Positions 38,312 through 47,519 of a DNA stretch of 64,000 bases are shown in pieces (within the stretch, counting starts at the first letter, position 1; the number at the start of each line of letters is the position of its first letter). The stretch lies in the NCBI GenBank assembly GCA_943356485.1, contig CALRFD010000006.1, positions 7,450-71,449 on the forward strand. Reading direction: 5' to 3'. The notes beneath the pieces were generated by a model that was given only the letters and a program-made list of their open reading frames with translations, searched no databases and was not told where the DNA came from. The DNA comes from Patescibacteria group bacterium. GTDB taxonomy: Bacteria > Patescibacteriota > Microgenomatia > Daviesbacterales > UBA10151. A program made the position numbers and the translations under genes.

Positions 38312-39519
38312 AAAGGGTTCTTTGATAAATTGCTTAAGAAAAAAACGTTAACCCACATTTTAGGTAAAGGTATTCCCGTTAAGAACGGGAATATTAATAT
38401 AAATGAAATAACAATTAAAAAAAGTAAAATAACCATCTCTTTTTTATACCCTGCTTTTTTAATTTCTGTTAATTGATGTCCTAGAGAGATACAAAGAAAA
38501 GGTACTGAAGGACTGAAGTGGTATAAAAACATAATTCTGGGAGAGATGGACCAGGGGAGCCAGAAAATTATAAAACCTAAACTTAAGACAATTAAATTAA
38601 GCGATCTTTTTTTAATTGTTTGCCATAAAGTTAATATCATCGCAATACTTCCGATCCAGAATACAGGTGGATTTCCGGAAGCAAAAATATTTGCAACTTT
38701 ATCTTTTTGGTAATCTACAAAGTACCAGATGGGATATAAATTAAGCGGCCAAGACCACCAGGGAGATGAATAAGGATGAGTTGCTTTGAGGTGCGTTTGA
38801 TACCACCAAATCTGTCTATGAAGTTCAATAAAATCGCTCCATTTGTATCCAATTAAAAAATATGGTGTATAGCTTAAAAGATAAATCAGTGGAGGGATAA
38901 GAAAGAAATAAATTAAACTTTTAAGTCTTCTTTGGTACACAAGAACCGGTAAATACATTAAGATCAAAAAGATTCCCGGCCATTTAGTAGCCATAGCTAT
39001 CCCCATGAACAATGAAGATAGAAGGTATTTTTTTTGAACAAATAAAATAACGCTAAGGAGGACAAATGCTACCAGATAAATATCATTCATACCTGTTCTG
39101 GATTGAACAAAGACTAATCCATCAACAGAAAAAATAAAAGCAGAAAGCAGACTGGTAAGTTCATTTTTAAAAAGTAGAAACGCTAACTTATAGACTAAGA
39201 ATACTGATAAGATACCGAGTAATGCTCCGGGTATTCTCCAGGCCCAGGCGTCTGTAGTTTTCAAAATAAACATAGAAGATGTCATAATCTCCTTTTCAAT
39301 AGGAGGATGAAGCCACTCAAGAGCAACTCCGGGTTCAGATTTACCCCAGGGACTCCAGGCATCCTTATTCCCTTTTAGGTACTCCTTGGCTGTATAGGCA
39401 TGATAAACTTCGTCAAAGACATATTTGTCTGGAAAGTCCAATCTATATAGACGTAAAATAACTGTAACTAATAAGATTAAAATTAAGATTTTTTTTGTGC
39501 TAATTCTTTTCATATGCAT
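38308..39519 (-). CDS. GT-C membrane glycosyltransferase, family 39/PMT-like
   Basis: N-terminal loop FDEVYHAYTAKEYL (DE motif of GT39/PMT) plus ~10 TM helices. Confidence 0.65.
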   Translation of the reverse strand: MHMKRISTKKILILILLVTVILRLYRLDFPDKYVFDEVYHAYTAKEYLKGNKDAWSPWGKSEPGVALEWLHPPIEKEIMTSSMFILKTTDAWAWRIPGALLGILSVFLVYKLAFLLFKNELTSLLSAFIFSVDGLVFVQSRTGMNDIYLVAFVLLSVILFVQKKYLLSSLFMGIAMATKWPGIFLILMYLPVLVYQRRLKSLIYFFLIPPLIYLLSYTPYFLIGYKWSDFIELHRQIWWYQTHLKATHPYSSPWWSWPLNLYPIWYFVDYQKDKVANIFASGNPPVFWIGSIAMILTLWQTIKKRSLNLIVLSLGFIIFWLPWSISPRIMFLYHFSPSVPFLCISLGHQLTEIKKAGYKKEMVILLFLIVISFILIFPFLTGIPLPKMWVNVFFLSNLSKNPF

Positions 39520-40717
39520 CGTTTAATTTTAATATATTAATACTAATCAAGAAAAATATTAAGGTTGAAAAAAATGAAATTAAAGGTATGTTTTTATCTG
39601 CAAAATTATATATAGAAGCATAGTATATAGTCTGGGGTATTTTTAGATAGAATTGATTATAATAAATATAGACATAATATAAATCTAATAAATGGAGACT
39701 GCTTAATATTATCGTTAAAGATGTAAGAATTTTAGACTTTTTAAGGATTGAAAAAATAATCATAAACACTAGAGCTGGGTAGAGATATCTTTCATGCATT
39801 CTTGTTAATAAAAAGAAAAAACTCAAAGTAGATAAACTAGATAAAGTAAACAAAGAAACTTTCTTGCTAAAATAGAAAAAACCGGTTATCACCCAAAAAA
39901 TTACTAATAAGATAAAACCTATATTTTGATAACTTATATCCAACCATTTTTTATTATCCGGTATCCAAAATCCAAAAATACCCCAAAAATTATAAGCAAA
40001 TATAGAACCATAAGGATAGTAGTCCAAAAGATTAGTTATTAGATCTATTGGTCCCTTGATTGGATTGAAAATAAAAAATGGAAAAAATCCAATAAATATT
40101 GTTAACAAGAAGGGAAAGCTAAGATAAAGTAAATTTTTTGGAGAAAAGTTTTTTAAAATGTACAGGAAAAATACCGGAGATAGAATAATAGCCTGAGGTT
40201 TCAGCAGAAAAGATATTGCCCAAAAAATTGCAGCGAAAATAATTCTCTTTTGAGTTAAAAAATAAATTGATACTACTAAAACTAAACTAAATAAACCATC
40301 AAATTGTCCAAAAATTGCACTATTAAATATGAAGGCAGGATTTAAAATTACAAGAAATAGCGATAGCTTTTTCCAGATGCTATATTTATCCGGAATGATT
40401 TGATAAATAATAGCCCCAAGTATTATTTCTGCAATTATTGATGGAAGCTTAAGAACTATATAAAAATTTGAATCACTAATTTGAAATAAATTTTTTATAA
40501 AGCCTAACAGAGACAATATATATAAAAATCCGGGTGGATATCCAGTCCAAATCTTATCAGAATAAAAGCTTAGAAATCCTACCTCATGCAATCTTTGAGC
40601 CCAGGCAAACCAGGTATCAACATCAAACTTGAAACCTGGGATAGGAGTAAGGATAAGTCTCGTTGAAAGTCCAAGTAGTAAAGACAGAATTAAGAAACGA
40701 TCTTTAAAAATATTCAT
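39500..40717 (-). CDS. GT-C-fold membrane glycosyltransferase (DUF2029/Gpi18-like)
   Basis: FDVDTWFAWAQRL first-loop motif and polytopic topology. Confidence 0.5.
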   Translation of the reverse strand: MNIFKDRFLILSLLLGLSTRLILTPIPGFKFDVDTWFAWAQRLHEVGFLSFYSDKIWTGYPPGFLYILSLLGFIKNLFQISDSNFYIVLKLPSIIAEIILGAIIYQIIPDKYSIWKKLSLFLVILNPAFIFNSAIFGQFDGLFSLVLVVSIYFLTQKRIIFAAIFWAISFLLKPQAIILSPVFFLYILKNFSPKNLLYLSFPFLLTIFIGFFPFFIFNPIKGPIDLITNLLDYYPYGSIFAYNFWGIFGFWIPDNKKWLDISYQNIGFILLVIFWVITGFFYFSKKVSLFTLSSLSTLSFFFLLTRMHERYLYPALVFMIIFSILKKSKILTSLTIILSSLHLLDLYYVYIYYNQFYLKIPQTIYYASIYNFADKNIPLISFFSTLIFFLISINILKLNDAYEKN

Positions 40718-40746
40718 TTGTAATAATTAACAATACTTTTGTTATT

Positions 40747-41901
40747 TTAAAATAAAACATTTATAAAATATATATTTATTAGAAATGTGACTACGGATAA
40801 GATAATAAACTTATAGGAAGCATCTTTTTTAAAGGAGTTTACTAAGATTATAAAAAGAAAAGGGTAGAAATCAATGGCATATCGGAAGCCATATTGCCAC
40901 GATCCATGAGTAAAACTTCCACAGATTGCAACCATCATAATTAAAAATGTAATGGATGCTGATTTTACTTCTAACATTTTCCAATTACTAAATAAAATCC
41001 AAATAAAAATAAAAGATGTGAAAAAAATACTTAATCCTGAACCATCTATCTTTAAATATGGAAACTGCATAATTTCTGTACCAGGAATAAATATAGGTTC
41101 GGGCATTTTTAAAAACAGGTAGTAAAGATTGGTAGCAAAATGAATAGGACTCCAGAGTCCAAATGCTCTGCTAGCGTTAACTGGCCCCTCCAGATATTGC
41201 TTAGAATAGCCAGTTTCTAAAGGATTACCAAATCTAGCATAATTGTAGAAGCCTATTATTAGGATTGATATTATTATTGGTACTACCAGCAAGATAAAGT
41301 TCTTAATTTTTTTCCTTTTAGTTAAATCACAGTAAAGTAAGTTGAGTATAAAAAATAATGTTGTAAAAATTAATGAGACTCTGGTAGCGTAAGCCAGAGC
41401 GATAAGGATTCCTATAATTAACCATGACCTTCTAAAAAAATAAGTCTCTAAACTTAAAAGAATTAAGGTAAAACCAACAACTTGAGCGTAGTACCAAGAC
41501 CAAGGTATAAGGGCTACTCCCAAATATGCGCTGGAAAATAAGATAGCGAAACTTATGGCAACAGAGTTAGTAAGATTGCCGGTAATTTTTTTAGCAATTC
41601 TAAAAAGTAGAAAAACATTTAGAATATTTAAAAAAAATAACAAATATCCTTGTTTCATTAAATTGCCAAATATATAAACAAAAGGCATTAGTAAAACTGC
41701 AGGGAATGGACCTAGTGGCCAATAATAATGACCGCCACTTACGGCAGCATCAAAAGTGTTTGATAGGAAGTAAAGTTTGCCTTGTAAGAAAGAAGAAGCA
41801 AGGCTCACAAATTGTTCTTGTTGAGAGGGTTTAAAGAAGTCATAGTAAACAAATAAAACACCCCCCAAAATATAAAAGAATGATATTATAATCCTCTTCA
41901 T
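40747..41901 (-). CDS. GT-C-fold membrane glycosyltransferase (ArnT/PMT-like), third in a row
   Basis: Polytopic protein with a GT-C-like helix pattern. Confidence 0.45.
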   Translation of the reverse strand: MKRIIISFFYILGGVLFVYYDFFKPSQQEQFVSLASSFLQGKLYFLSNTFDAAVSGGHYYWPLGPFPAVLLMPFVYIFGNLMKQGYLLFFLNILNVFLLFRIAKKITGNLTNSVAISFAILFSSAYLGVALIPWSWYYAQVVGFTLILLSLETYFFRRSWLIIGILIALAYATRVSLIFTTLFFILNLLYCDLTKRKKIKNFILLVVPIIISILIIGFYNYARFGNPLETGYSKQYLEGPVNASRAFGLWSPIHFATNLYYLFLKMPEPIFIPGTEIMQFPYLKIDGSGLSIFFTSFIFIWILFSNWKMLEVKSASITFLIMMVAICGSFTHGSWQYGFRYAIDFYPFLFIILVNSFKKDASYKFIILSVVTFLINIYFINVLF

Positions 41902-42865
41902 GAATAAAGTATTAGTTATTTTAGGTTCGACTGCAACAGGGAAGACGGATCTGGCTCTTCAACTTGCAGGTAAGTTTCAGGGTGAACTTATTTCTTGTGA
42001 CTCTAGACAGGTTTATAAGGATTTAGATTTAGGAACTGGTAAATTACCTGGCGGAAAAGTATCAGTCCAAAAGGGGATAGGCTTTTGGATTTTGGATGGA
42101 ATTAAAATTTGGATGTATGATGTGATAAATCCAAAGAGACAATACACAGTTTTTAATTATGTAAAAGATGCAACTTTAGCAATAGAAGAAATTCAAAAGA
42201 AAGGTAAATTACCAATAATAGTTGGTGGAACGGGTCTTTATCTTAAGGGATTACTGTATGGCTTTTCTAATTTGGAAATTCCGTTAGATAAAAAGCTGCG
42301 AAGTGATCTAAGCAAACTATCGTTGAATGAATTACAAAAAAAACTCCAAAATCTATCAATTAAAAAATGGGAGAGTTTAAATTTATCTGATCAGAAGAAT
42401 CCCAGAAGATTAGTTAGGGCAATAGAACTAGAGATTTCACCTCGGAGGAGTCCATCCGACCACCTCCGAGGTGGTATGGCAACAGATAACATTTTAAAAA
42501 TAGGGTTAAATGCACCGAAAGAAGTTTTGTACCAGAGGATTGATGAACGGGTGATTTCTAGAATTGAGCAAGGTATGGTAAATGAAGCAGGAAAACTATA
42601 TAAAGATGGACTAAGCTTGAAAAGAATGCGACAGCTGGGACTCGAATATGGAGTGCTGGCAGATTATCTCGAGAAAAAGATTGATGAGGACGATTTAGGT
42701 CAAATTATGCAGAGAAAGATTCATAATTATGCTAAACGGCAAATAACCTGGTTTAAAAAAGAACAAGATGTAAATTGGTTTGATATTACAGAAGAAAAAT
42801 ATTACAACGAGTTGGAAAAACTAGTGGCTAAATGGTATTATTCTTCTGATGCCTCGCAAGATTGA
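41900..42865 (+). CDS. miaA: tRNA dimethylallyltransferase; carries an in-frame palindromic insert
   Basis: P-loop ILGSTATGKTDLALQLA and CDSRQVYKDLDLGTGK typical of MiaA. Confidence 0.9.
   Translation: MNKVLVILGSTATGKTDLALQLAGKFQGELISCDSRQVYKDLDLGTGKLPGGKVSVQKGIGFWILDGIKIWMYDVINPKRQYTVFNYVKDATLAIEEIQKKGKLPIIVGGTGLYLKGLLYGFSNLEIPLDKKLRSDLSKLSLNELQKKLQNLSIKKWESLNLSDQKNPRRLVRAIELEISPRRSPSDHLRGGMATDNILKIGLNAPKEVLYQRIDERVISRIEQGMVNEAGKLYKDGLSLKRMRQLGLEYGVLADYLEKKIDEDDLGQIMQRKIHNYAKRQITWFKKEQDVNWFDITEEKYYNELEKLVAKWYYSSDASQD
42438..42474. repeat. GC-rich palindromic element family B (CACCTCGGAGG-N12-CCTCCGAGGTGG) in-frame inside miaA
   Basis: 11-bp perfect inverted-repeat arms identical to those at 54854-54909 in cca. 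Confidence 0.7.
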
Positions 42866-43817
42866 TATTTCTCATAAAACAGTAATTTTTATAACCCTCT
42901 TTATTTTGGGTCTTTGGGTTATATATTTAATCAGGGATTTATTAATTATTTTGTTTATTGCGATTATTTTAATGTCTGCTTTAGAGCCGCTGGTAATCTT
43001 TTTTAATAGGTTAAAAATTCCCAGGGCATTGGGGATTGCAATAACCTATATTACAATAATAGCCATAGTTCTAGGTATTTTGGCGGCTATCTTACCTCCT
43101 TTGGTCGAACAAAGCAGCAGGCTTATCGTAAGTTCCCCTGCTCTTTTAGGACAAGTATCGAGTTTCACTAATATAGACAAGTCTGTATTCCAGTCAGAAA
43201 TAACATCTTTATCTAAAAACCTATTTTCTGTAACTCTGGCAGCCTTTGATAATTTCCTGACTGTAATATTTTTACTTGTAATTACTTTTTACTTATTACT
43301 TGAGAGAAGAGATCTAGAAAATAGAATATCAGGATTATTCATAGGAAATGAAGATCGCTCAAGGCAATTGATGACTAAAATTCAAGAAAAATTAGGTTCC
43401 TGGCTTAGAGGACAAATTTTTTTAAGTATAGTGATTGGAAGTTTATCCTACTTAGGGCTGGTAATATTAAATGTGCCTTTTGCTTTGCCGCTATCGCTAG
43501 TTGCAGCAATAATGGAAGTTGTGCCAGTCATTGGTCCGATAATTTCGGCTGTTCCTGCTATTTTTGTAGCGCTGACTATCTCCCCAATTTTAGGGGTAGG
43601 AGTTGGCGTAATGTATTTTATAATTCAGCAAATGGAAAATCATTTTATAGTTCCACAAGTTATGAAAAAAGCTGTCGGCTTAAATCCTCTGGTAGTAATT
43701 TTAACTATTGCAGTAGGTAGCAGAATATTAGGTTTTTCCGGGGCGCTGCTGGCAGTCCCAATAGCCGTAGTCTTACAAATCCTTGTGACTGAGGTTATTG
43801 AGCAAAGAAAAGTTTAA
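42849..43817 (+). CDS. AI-2E family transporter (PerM/UPF0118)
   Basis: 8-TM protein with AI-2E family topology. Confidence 0.7.
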   Translation: MPRKIDISHKTVIFITLFILGLWVIYLIRDLLIILFIAIILMSALEPLVIFFNRLKIPRALGIAITYITIIAIVLGILAAILPPLVEQSSRLIVSSPALLGQVSSFTNIDKSVFQSEITSLSKNLFSVTLAAFDNFLTVIFLLVITFYLLLERRDLENRISGLFIGNEDRSRQLMTKIQEKLGSWLRGQIFLSIVIGSLSYLGLVILNVPFALPLSLVAAIMEVVPVIGPIISAVPAIFVALTISPILGVGVGVMYFIIQQMENHFIVPQVMKKAVGLNPLVVILTIAVGSRILGFSGALLAVPIAVVLQILVTEVIEQRKV

Positions 43818-43872
43818 TCTCTAAAAGATAATAGTTTGTGTTTTTAGGGCTTTTAACATAAAATTTCTATAA

Positions 43873-44271
43873 ATGACAGAAAATATATTATCAGCTGAAA
43901 AGCCTCAGGTTACAAGAGAACAGGTAATTGATACTTTTAGAAAATTTCCGGAAAAAGGTATTACTCATCCTGATGATCTGTCTCTTGATGATCCAGACGT
44001 GATATCAGCTAATGGACTTCTCCATGATTGGGCTAATCAACAGGAAGTCAAAGCTCGAGAACTTAATACTCCCAAAGCTAACCTGGAATATCAACTTAAT
44101 AGAAGTACTATTTATGTTGATGCAGGCTTTTCAGATCCTGATTATCTGGATGAGGTTGCCAATGATTGGTTAGCACAAGATTTGCAGGAAGCGGAAGATG
44201 TCGGTTTGACAGAGATGGTAGATCGTATTAAGGCTAAAATAGAAGAGATAGAATCAAAGATTGCTAAATAA
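43873..44271 (+). CDS. hypothetical acidic protein
   Basis: 132-aa ORF; no recognisable family. Confidence 0.45.
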   Translation: MTENILSAEKPQVTREQVIDTFRKFPEKGITHPDDLSLDDPDVISANGLLHDWANQQEVKARELNTPKANLEYQLNRSTIYVDAGFSDPDYLDEVANDWLAQDLQEAEDVGLTEMVDRIKAKIEEIESKIAK

Positions 44272-44279
44272 TATTTGTG

Positions 44280-44598
44280 CCTAGGAAGCTAGTAAGCCAG
44301 ATTCTGTTATTAGATGATAATTTATCTAATGCTCTTGATTTCGATCGTATGGCGAACAGCCTGATCGGTTCTAAGATTGCAGCGGGGAGGATTGCCCCTC
44401 GCTACGCTCAGGATAAACCCTCTACATAACGAGTACCCATTAGCTTGGTAGTTTCACTTGGCGCAACCCAAATCTTCACTGTTGCTCTAAACTGGGTCTT
44501 ACGACCTCCGTCTTACAACGGACACCCTTGTTCTATGCTGTCTGGACTTTCCTGAGCGTACCGCATGGTACACCCTAATCATCCTTCTTCCTAGGCAG
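44280..44598 (-). ncRNA. rnpB: RNase P RNA (minimal bacterial type, ~320 nt)
   Basis: Minus strand: P1 CCUAGGAAG/CUUCCUAGG closes the ends; P3 hairpin GUACC-AUGC-GGUAC. P4 5' strand CAGGAAAGUCCAGAC pairs with 3' strand ACAGAAUCUGGCUUA; relative to E. coli GGAAAGUCCGGGC/ACAGAACCCGGCUUA the changes are compensatory. CAUAGAACAAGGGUGUCC and GUGAAACUACC resemble the M1 RNA P5/P10-12 regions. GC-rich island in an AT-rich spacer. Confidence 0.85.
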
Positions 44599-44632
44599 AT
44601 GTATTTTACTATATAATGGGTTTAAGGTTCAA

Positions 44633-46168
44633 ATGCTCTCAAAAGTTTTAACAGGAGCAAATATTGGTTTGGATGCTGTCTCTATCACTTGTGAAGTAGA
44701 TATCACAAAGCAGGGATTACCCTCTTTTGTTATTGTAGGGCTTGCGGATAGAGCAGTTGAAGAAAGTAAAGACAGAGTAAGATCTGCTATTAGAAATTCC
44801 AACGCCCAGTTTCCTCAACATAAAATAATTGTAAATTTAGCGCCGGCTGATTTACCAAAGATGGGACCTATTTTTGATTTGCCTATTGCTTTGGGATTAC
44901 TTTTAGCTTCAGGACAGATTAGTAATCAATCATCCTCAACTATTAATTTAGACAAAACTTTAGTTTTAGGTGAGTTATCTTTGGACGGAACCCTTAGAAA
45001 ATCTGCCGGTGTTCTACCTCTGGCGCTTTTAGCAAAACAAATGGGAATGGAAAATATTATCGTACCTAAGGAAAACGGGAAAGAGGCGGCGATAATTGAA
45101 GGCATAAAAGTTTTTGCGCCTAATTCACTTCAGGAGATCATTAAAGCGGTGCTGGGACAAAAAGATCTGGAAGTAGTCAGGAGAACAGCACTAGATTTAG
45201 AAGAAGATTTAGAGTATGAATATGATTTTTCTCAAATAAAGGGTCAGGAACAGGCAAAAAGAGTAATGGAAATTGCTGCTGCAGGCGGACACAATGTTCT
45301 ATTAAAAGGCCCTCCTGGAGCTGGAAAAACCTTATTGGCTAGAGCTTTTCCTTCTATTCTACCCCCGCTTGAATTTAGTGAGGCAATAGAGGTAACTAAA
45401 ATATATTCAATTATTGGTCAGTTAGATGCAAGAGGAGCTCTTATTAGAAGGAGACCTTTTCGCGCCCCTCACCATAGCGCTTCACATGTTGGATTGATTG
45501 GAGGAGGAAATAATATCCGCCCGGGAGATATTTCTTTAGCTCATAGGGGAGTTTTGTTTTTAGATGAGGTTGCAGAATTTCCGAGGCATGTTTTGGAAAG
45601 TTTAAGACAGCCGCTGGAAGATCATCAGATTACAATTTCTAGGGCGTCCGGTTCGCTAACTTTTCCGGCAAAGTTTATTTTAATTGCTGCGCAAAATCCT
45701 TGTCCCTGCGGATTTTTAGGTGATAAAAAGAGAAACTGTAGCTGTATGCCTGGGCAAATTGCCAAATATAAGAGAAGAATATCAGGCCCTTTACTCGATA
45801 GAATTGATCTTTATCTTGACATGCCGGCTGTAGAGGTAGAAAAATTAGTAGTTGACGCAACAGTGGAAAGCTCAGTTGTTATCAGGGAAAGAGTTGCCTC
45901 TGCCAGAAAAAAACAGCAGGAACGTTTTAAAGGAGAGCCTTTAACTAATTCCGAGATGACAAATACTGAGATCAAACAATTTTGCAGTATTACTCAAGAT
46001 GGATTAGACCTTTTGAAGATGGCAATATCCTCACTTAACTTATCTGCCAGAGGTTACCATCGGGTGTTGAAGCTATCTAGGACTATTGCTGATTTAGCAA
46101 AAGCTGAGAATATTACTTCCGAACATATTGCTGAAAGCTTGCAATATCGTGTTAGGGAGGAAACTTAA
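44633..46168 (+). CDS. comM: YifB/ComM family Mg-chelatase-like AAA+ ATPase
   Basis: N-terminal Lon-like domain then AAA+ domain (LLKGPPGAGKT...); 511 aa. Confidence 0.9.
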   Translation: MLSKVLTGANIGLDAVSITCEVDITKQGLPSFVIVGLADRAVEESKDRVRSAIRNSNAQFPQHKIIVNLAPADLPKMGPIFDLPIALGLLLASGQISNQSSSTINLDKTLVLGELSLDGTLRKSAGVLPLALLAKQMGMENIIVPKENGKEAAIIEGIKVFAPNSLQEIIKAVLGQKDLEVVRRTALDLEEDLEYEYDFSQIKGQEQAKRVMEIAAAGGHNVLLKGPPGAGKTLLARAFPSILPPLEFSEAIEVTKIYSIIGQLDARGALIRRRPFRAPHHSASHVGLIGGGNNIRPGDISLAHRGVLFLDEVAEFPRHVLESLRQPLEDHQITISRASGSLTFPAKFILIAAQNPCPCGFLGDKKRNCSCMPGQIAKYKRRISGPLLDRIDLYLDMPAVEVEKLVVDATVESSVVIRERVASARKKQQERFKGEPLTNSEMTNTEIKQFCSITQDGLDLLKMAISSLNLSARGYHRVLKLSRTIADLAKAENITSEHIAESLQYRVREET

Positions 46169-46195
46169 AATTTTTAGCCGATCTGAAAAACGAAA

Positions 46196-46232
46196 AAGCC
46201 CCTAAAGATTAGGGACTTTTTCGAAAATGGTT
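46196..46232 (+). terminator. intrinsic terminator after comM
   Basis: AAAAAGCCCCTAAAGATTAGGGACTTTTT hairpin with T-run. Confidence 0.5.
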
Positions 46233-46274
46233 GCTCCTCAAAATAATTGAGGATCCATAAAAGTTTAAGATAGG

Positions 46275-46412
46275 TTAACCGCCGATCTTAAACATAGAAG
46301 TGCTACAAACTGGGCAAGTTCCTCTGTTTGCTTTTTTACCATTTTTCATGGTAACTTCTTGTACGTTTTCAGCATCTCTCTTAGCTCTACATTTAACACA
46401 GTACATTTGCAT
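46275..46412 (-). CDS. small C4 zinc-ribbon protein (45 aa, DUF5679-like)
   Basis: Hand translation MQMYCVKCRAKRDAENVQEVTMKNGKKANRGTCPVCSTSMFKIGG; strong GGAGGTG RBS; below the ORF-track cutoff. Confidence 0.6.
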   Translation of the reverse strand: MQMYCVKCRAKRDAENVQEVTMKNGKKANRGTCPVCSTSMFKIGG

Positions 46413-46800
46413 GATGTTTTCACCTCCTCTCAAAATAAGTTAAAATTCAAAATATGGTTTTGTAATAAATGATATAGAATTATCTGTGTTCCGATTGCAA
46501 GAGTTGAAAAGAAAAATATTTTTAATAGATCCTGTTTTAAGTAAACTATATCTGAGGTTGAAACTTCTGTTTGTCGACGATAATTCTGATTCTCTGACGC
46601 ACTGATTTGCGGTGCTGCAGACTTGCCATAAACTTGATAGCGTAGGAGTTTTAAACGTTTTTCTAGATTGGATTGTTTTTTGGAAAGTTGGATAGACATG
46701 CTTGAATACGCACAATTGAGCCTAGCACGTTCAAAACAGAGTGTCAAGGATCAAGTGAATAAAGTTAAAAATAACTCATTATTTTGTTATAATTTTTGTT

Positions 46801-47472
46801 GTGAGTGTAAATGTTGTAATGGTCAAAAATAAAATAGATGGTTCAAGAAAAGCTTTAGATTTGTTAAAGAAAGTAGTAAGTAAAGATACATTATTATTGC
46901 TATCAGGCGGCAGCTCCCCAACTCATTTATATAGGTTGATTGCAGATGAGAAAACCCTAAAACCTGGCGGGGTTGTTTTAATTGACGAAAGATACGGATT
47001 GTTAATGCATGATAAGAGTAATGAAAAAATGATAAAAGACTCAGGTTTGCTTTCTTATTTAAATAATGAAGGAATACCTTTTTGTGGAATTTTGGAAGAT
47101 TTAAGTTTGCAGGAAACCGTAAAACAGTTTGAAATAAAATTGGGTCAAATATTAAATAAATTTCCAAAAAAAGTGGCAATTATGGGTATTGGAGCTGATA
47201 GCCATACTGCAGGCATTAAGCCCGATTTAGAATATGATCATTTCGATTTGGTTACCTGTTTTGATGATGAATTAGGATATTTTGGCAAAAGGGTAACTAT
47301 TACTTTTGAAGGTTTAATGAAGATAGATAAATTTATCTTGCTTGTATTTGGAGACAATAAGAAGCAAGCTTTGCAAAATATATTCAAAAAAGAAGACCAA
47401 AAACATTTTCCGGCAGTTTTTTACGCTAAGGCATCAGCCGAAGTTACGATTATAACCGATATAAGCGTATAA
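46801..47472 (+). CDS. 6-phosphogluconolactonase/glucosamine-6-phosphate deaminase family protein
   Basis: LLLSGGSSP... and GIGADSHTAGI motifs of the NagB/Pgl/SOL family. Confidence 0.65.
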   Translation: MSVNVVMVKNKIDGSRKALDLLKKVVSKDTLLLLSGGSSPTHLYRLIADEKTLKPGGVVLIDERYGLLMHDKSNEKMIKDSGLLSYLNNEGIPFCGILEDLSLQETVKQFEIKLGQILNKFPKKVAIMGIGADSHTAGIKPDLEYDHFDLVTCFDDELGYFGKRVTITFEGLMKIDKFILLVFGDNKKQALQNIFKKEDQKHFPAVFYAKASAEVTIITDISV

Positions 47473-47519
47473 TTGTGGTTGACAAAATTTACCAACATGT
47501 TATATTTAAAGAGTAACTT

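Noticed and set aside
44403-44418. 16-nt exact match ACGCTCAGGATAAAC shared between the rnpB locus and the rpsJ-rplC spacer (8702-8717), antisense to RNase P RNA. Also shared short motifs GGACTCACTC (8792 vs 54887) and TCCTTCGCTTC/GAAGCGAAGGA (8656 vs 56627).
   Set aside because: Roughly one chance 16-mer match is expected in a 64-kb two-strand comparison and there is no extended alignment around any of them; noted as possible weak repeat-family signal only.
46430-46747. Minus-strand ORFs (105 aa / 91 aa) in the 46.4-46.8 kb spacer.
   Set aside because: TTG start with no SD, low-complexity and hydrophobic composition, overlapping each other in different frames; likely spurious in AT-rich DNA.
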